A DNA stretch of 10,367 nt. Source: Azolla caroliniana (taxonomy: Eukaryota; Plantae; Polypodiophyta). The translations under genes and the position numbers were made by a program. The stretch lies in the NCBI GenBank assembly GCA_043228905.1, contig JBHGNT010001281.1:1-10367 (forward strand), read 5' to 3'. A model generated the notes under the pieces. The model ran no database searches. It had not been told where the DNA came from and saw only the letters and a list, made by a program, of their open reading frames with translations. This document shows, in pieces, positions 8,553 through 10,367 of this stretch (its first letter is position 1; each line of letters opens with the position of its first letter).

Positions 8553-8606
<54 letters not shown>
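8553..8606. repeat. Compound microsatellite (CT)16(CA)11
   Basis: Perfect CT run 8553-8584 directly followed by a perfect CA run 8585-8606. Confidence 0.97.
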
Positions 8607-9399
8607 AAATTCTCATGTTCAATGCGCATATATAGTTAGTCTTGTACGATGCTTCCACTTTCACCAATATGTAAGTCAAATGTCAAAACATGGTCAATAC
8701 CTCTCATATTTGTGATCATTATTATAAAATGATTCGTGGTCACTTGTGTTCCAAACTAGGAACATCTTGTTGGAATTGCGGTGATACATTGACGTTTTAG
8801 GATTATGTATGTGCATTCATTGTTGTGATTCAATATTGTGGATGTATATCACTTGCTTAAGTAAGAGGCAACTTCTTGATATTTATTACAGACATGTCCA
8901 CACATCATGTACAACATAGAAATATTAAGTATATGTGCGCATATTGTGTTGAAACAAACACCCCATGCATTTGCCCGAATGCACAACATGCACACACACA
9001 GATTCACTTGAAAATAGGAATTACGCGCTCATATATATATCTTCAATGCACTAGTTTCTTATGGCTATGTACCTTCTAGATTTATCTATCATCAACATCA
9101 AAATAAGTGCTCGATTTAGAGAGAGGACCCTCACCTTTTTTTGCTTTGATCGTGGCTATTGTTTTCTAGCAATTAGAACTCCAAACTAAGTCATATCAAC
9201 GTATTTGTATCCATATAGCTTATCATATGTTAAGGATATATTTTCAACCTCCATGTGATAACGTACATAATCTATACATTGTGCATCAACCCCTCTTCCT
9301 TTCAACGTTTGCCCCGCTCCACATTTTTCTCTTTTCATATTTATAGTTCCACTTCTATTAGAAACTTCAAACCCCCTCATTCTATACCTTTCAACTCTA

Positions 9400-9950
9400 G
9401 TCTCAAGGCACACACTCTCTCTCTACACCCTGTTTACTTTCCCCACACTTTTAGACCGCACCTATCCCTACACACATCTCTCTCTTAGTCATAATGTGCA
9501 CTCTCAATCACAACATTCATTAGTAAGAATTCTTGAACATCGAGTCAATAATCAACTCTAGACACATAACTCGAGGTAAGTTATATTTCGCCCTTTGACA
9601 AGGATGATCTAATCTCTCTCAAAAAGAAGAAGAAGAGAGAATGCTTTGTACTAAAATGGTCCACAAAATTGTCAATATGGGACCAAAGAAAAGGCACTAA
9701 GGACCAATGAGGAAGGGATGCGACTTTTCCTCAACAACCCAAAAAAGCATGTGGAAGCATCATACTTACTCTCAAGGGTGTGGATAAACTTCCCCCGTAT
9801 GATAGCTAAAGTATATCGAGCTAGGTCATGTATTGTTTCCAAGTATATGAGAGGATGAACACATCCAAATATTTTACCATTTAAACGTTTGCAAGCTTTG
9901 CTAAATGTAAAATCTCAATAATGACCATCAAGCTCTCAAGATTTGCAACA
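9400..9950 (+). mobile_element. Possible eroded LINE ORF1 (DUF4283-like plus zinc knuckle)
   Basis: After a pyrimidine-rich tract, ordered motifs through frameshifts: LKAHTL..FRPHLSL, RENALY*NGP (GP at 9658-9663), VWINFP (9778-9795), LGHVL (9821-9835), QIFYHLNVCKLC (CKLC 9890-9901)...DH.....C. Spacing in the 3' half is shorter than typical, so deletions must be assumed. Confidence 0.35.
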
Positions 9951-10367
9951 TATGATCCAAGGTGCCTATAGAATACAAGGCATGATAAAGTTGTATGCAA
10001 GCTAAATAGTTTGCTTATGTTTGAAACAAATCACAACTCCCTGTGGAAAAAACTTTTATGTAAGCATGAGCATGCAATCAACGTGTTAATTGCATACCAT
10101 ACACTACAAACGAGCGTGTAGCCATACATAATGTACTTGTGACTCGTGCACATGGTCATAGTTCATATGTAAACATGTCCAAGTGCGCTACTTGAGTTCA
10201 AACCAATTGTCCTACATGTATAGCATGCATGCGTTGAAAGTAAACAAATCGATATATCAAATGATAGAATTGTGGCAAAGAAAATTTCAAAAAAATGTGA
10301 TACTCTTGCTTGAAGCCATCACTATAATCAATAGAAAGTGGCATAGTGATGCTCATTCTAGATGTGT

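Noticed and set aside
2823-9488. Remaining track ORFs (2823..3032, 2923..3168, 4588..4779, 6626..6859, 6719..6955, 8876..9079, 9186..9413, 9255..9488) as genes
   Set aside because: They are short, often start at non-ATG codons, have compositions (C/H/M/Y-rich or low complexity) driven by TG/CA-rich decayed DNA, and contain no recognisable intact domain.

Overview
AT-rich eukaryotic DNA, most likely plant intergenic or heterochromatic sequence. By eye it is CpG-poor and TG/CA-rich, as expected after long methylation-driven decay. I find no intact protein-coding gene, RNA gene or CRISPR array, and the short ORFs in the track are mostly chance, off-frame or fragmentary readings. Hand translation through stops and frameshifts shows: (i) several eroded L1-like LINE remnants, mainly on the + strand (ORF2 post-RT and C-terminal zinc-finger motifs at ~1670-2090, ~3975-4600 and ~5500-6330; a weaker ORF1-like relic at ~9400-9950); (ii) a spliced minus-strand pseudogene of unrecognised family (~372-1286) with a canonical 66-nt intron; (iii) the most interesting element, two diverged tandem ~210-codon minus-strand pseudogene units (7829-8471 and ~7111-7738) only 90 bp apart. 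They show synonymous-biased divergence and share an identical 11-mer just upstream of both ATGs, next to a (CT)16(CA)11 microsatellite. Several small repeats and hairpins are also present. All family assignments come from motif recognition by eye and need database confirmation.
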